Source: Nitrospira tepida (GTDB lineage: Bacteria; Nitrospirota; Nitrospiria; Nitrospirales; Nitrospiraceae). From it: a DNA stretch of 24,000 nt. The notes beneath the pieces were generated by a model, which was not told the DNA's origin, made no database searches, and saw only the letters and a program-made list of their open reading frames with translations. Position numbers and translations under genes: made by a program. Each line of letters opens with the position of its first letter. Position 1 is the first letter of the stretch. Shown piece by piece: positions 23,487 through 24,000 of this stretch. The DNA lies in the NCBI RefSeq assembly GCF_947241125.1, contig NZ_OX365700.1:3916461-3940460 (forward strand), given 5' to 3'.

Positions 23487-24000
23487 CTATTTGGCATATT
23501 CGACATACCGGCTTTCCCGGATCACCGTCACCTTGATCTGGCCCGGATAGGTCAGTTCCTGCTCGATCTTCTTCGCCAGCTCCCGTGAGAGCTGGAAGGC
23601 CTCGCTGTCCGACAGATCTTCCTGCTTGACGATCACGCGAATCTCGCGACCGGCCTGGATGGCATAGGCCTTTTGGACGCCGCGCTGCCCCACCGCCAAG
23701 GATTCCAGCTTCTCCAGCCGCTTCACATAGGATTCCAGCGCCTCCCGCCGGGCCCCGGGCCTGGCGGCGGACAGCGCCTCCGCCGACGCCACCAGCACGG
23801 TTTCCGGACAAATCGGCTCCACCTGCTCGTGATGGGCCGCGATGGCGTTGACCACTTTTTCGCTTTCGCCGTATCGCTTGGCGATCTCGGCCCCCAGCAT
23901 CGCGTGCGGCCCCTCCTCCTCATGGCTGACCGCCTTTCCGATGTCATGAAGCAAGGCGCCGCGCTTGGCCAACTTTACGTCCAGCCCCAATTCGGAAGCC
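23487..24000 (-). CDS. rny: Ribonuclease Y, C-terminal part (N-terminus beyond the right window edge)
   Basis: HD domain ([28 protein letters not shown]) and C-terminal ...[20 protein letters not shown]. The frame stays open to position 24000. Confidence 0.9.
   Translation of the reverse strand, partial: ASELGLDVKLAKRGALLHDIGKAVSHEEEGPHAMLGAEIAKRYGESEKVVNAIAAHHEQVEPICPETVLVASAEALSAARPGARREALESYVKRLEKLESLAVGQRGVQKAYAIQAGREIRVIVKQEDLSDSEAFQLSRELAKKIEQELTYPGQIKVTVIRESRYVEYAK

Overview
GC-rich bacterial chromosomal window in two parts. Positions 13.3-24 kb are ordinary core genes: hflK-hflC, fhs, an M23 peptidase, cutA, a rhodanese, an SDR epimerase, tlyA, xseB-xseA, ymdB and the 3' part of rny. 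Positions 1-13.2 kb look accessory and hold the interesting content. (1) A DUF2282/bufferin-type precursor gene runs off the left edge and is missing from the ORF track. (2) Positions 2.4-6.7 kb are a mobile-element hotspot. It contains a 1.6-kb IS1182/IS5-type IS whose transposase has one in-frame TAG. It also contains a 210-bp MITE with the same terminal repeats, sitting as exactly 70 in-phase codons inside a CBS-pair gene. Two copies of a second MITE family have their own TIRs and YTAR-type flanking repeats. Five copies of a 27-bp palindromic unit show a compensatory stem substitution, and one copy is nested in another. Two neighbouring genes (a 4-OT tautomerase and a DsrE-like gene) carry single-nucleotide frameshifts. 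(3) Positions 6.3-13.2 kb are an organoarsenical-type cluster: arsM, radical-SAM arsS, a PiT transporter and an outer-membrane beta-barrel. Divergent from it lies an operon of a MerR regulator, an AhpD-like protein and a secreted DsrE-like protein. The MerR has cysteines with the same spacing as the Hg(II)-binding triad of Tn501 MerR, but no mer genes or ArsR are present. I propose it as a candidate As(III)-sensing MerR. All functional calls rest on my reading of translated motifs; no database search was run.
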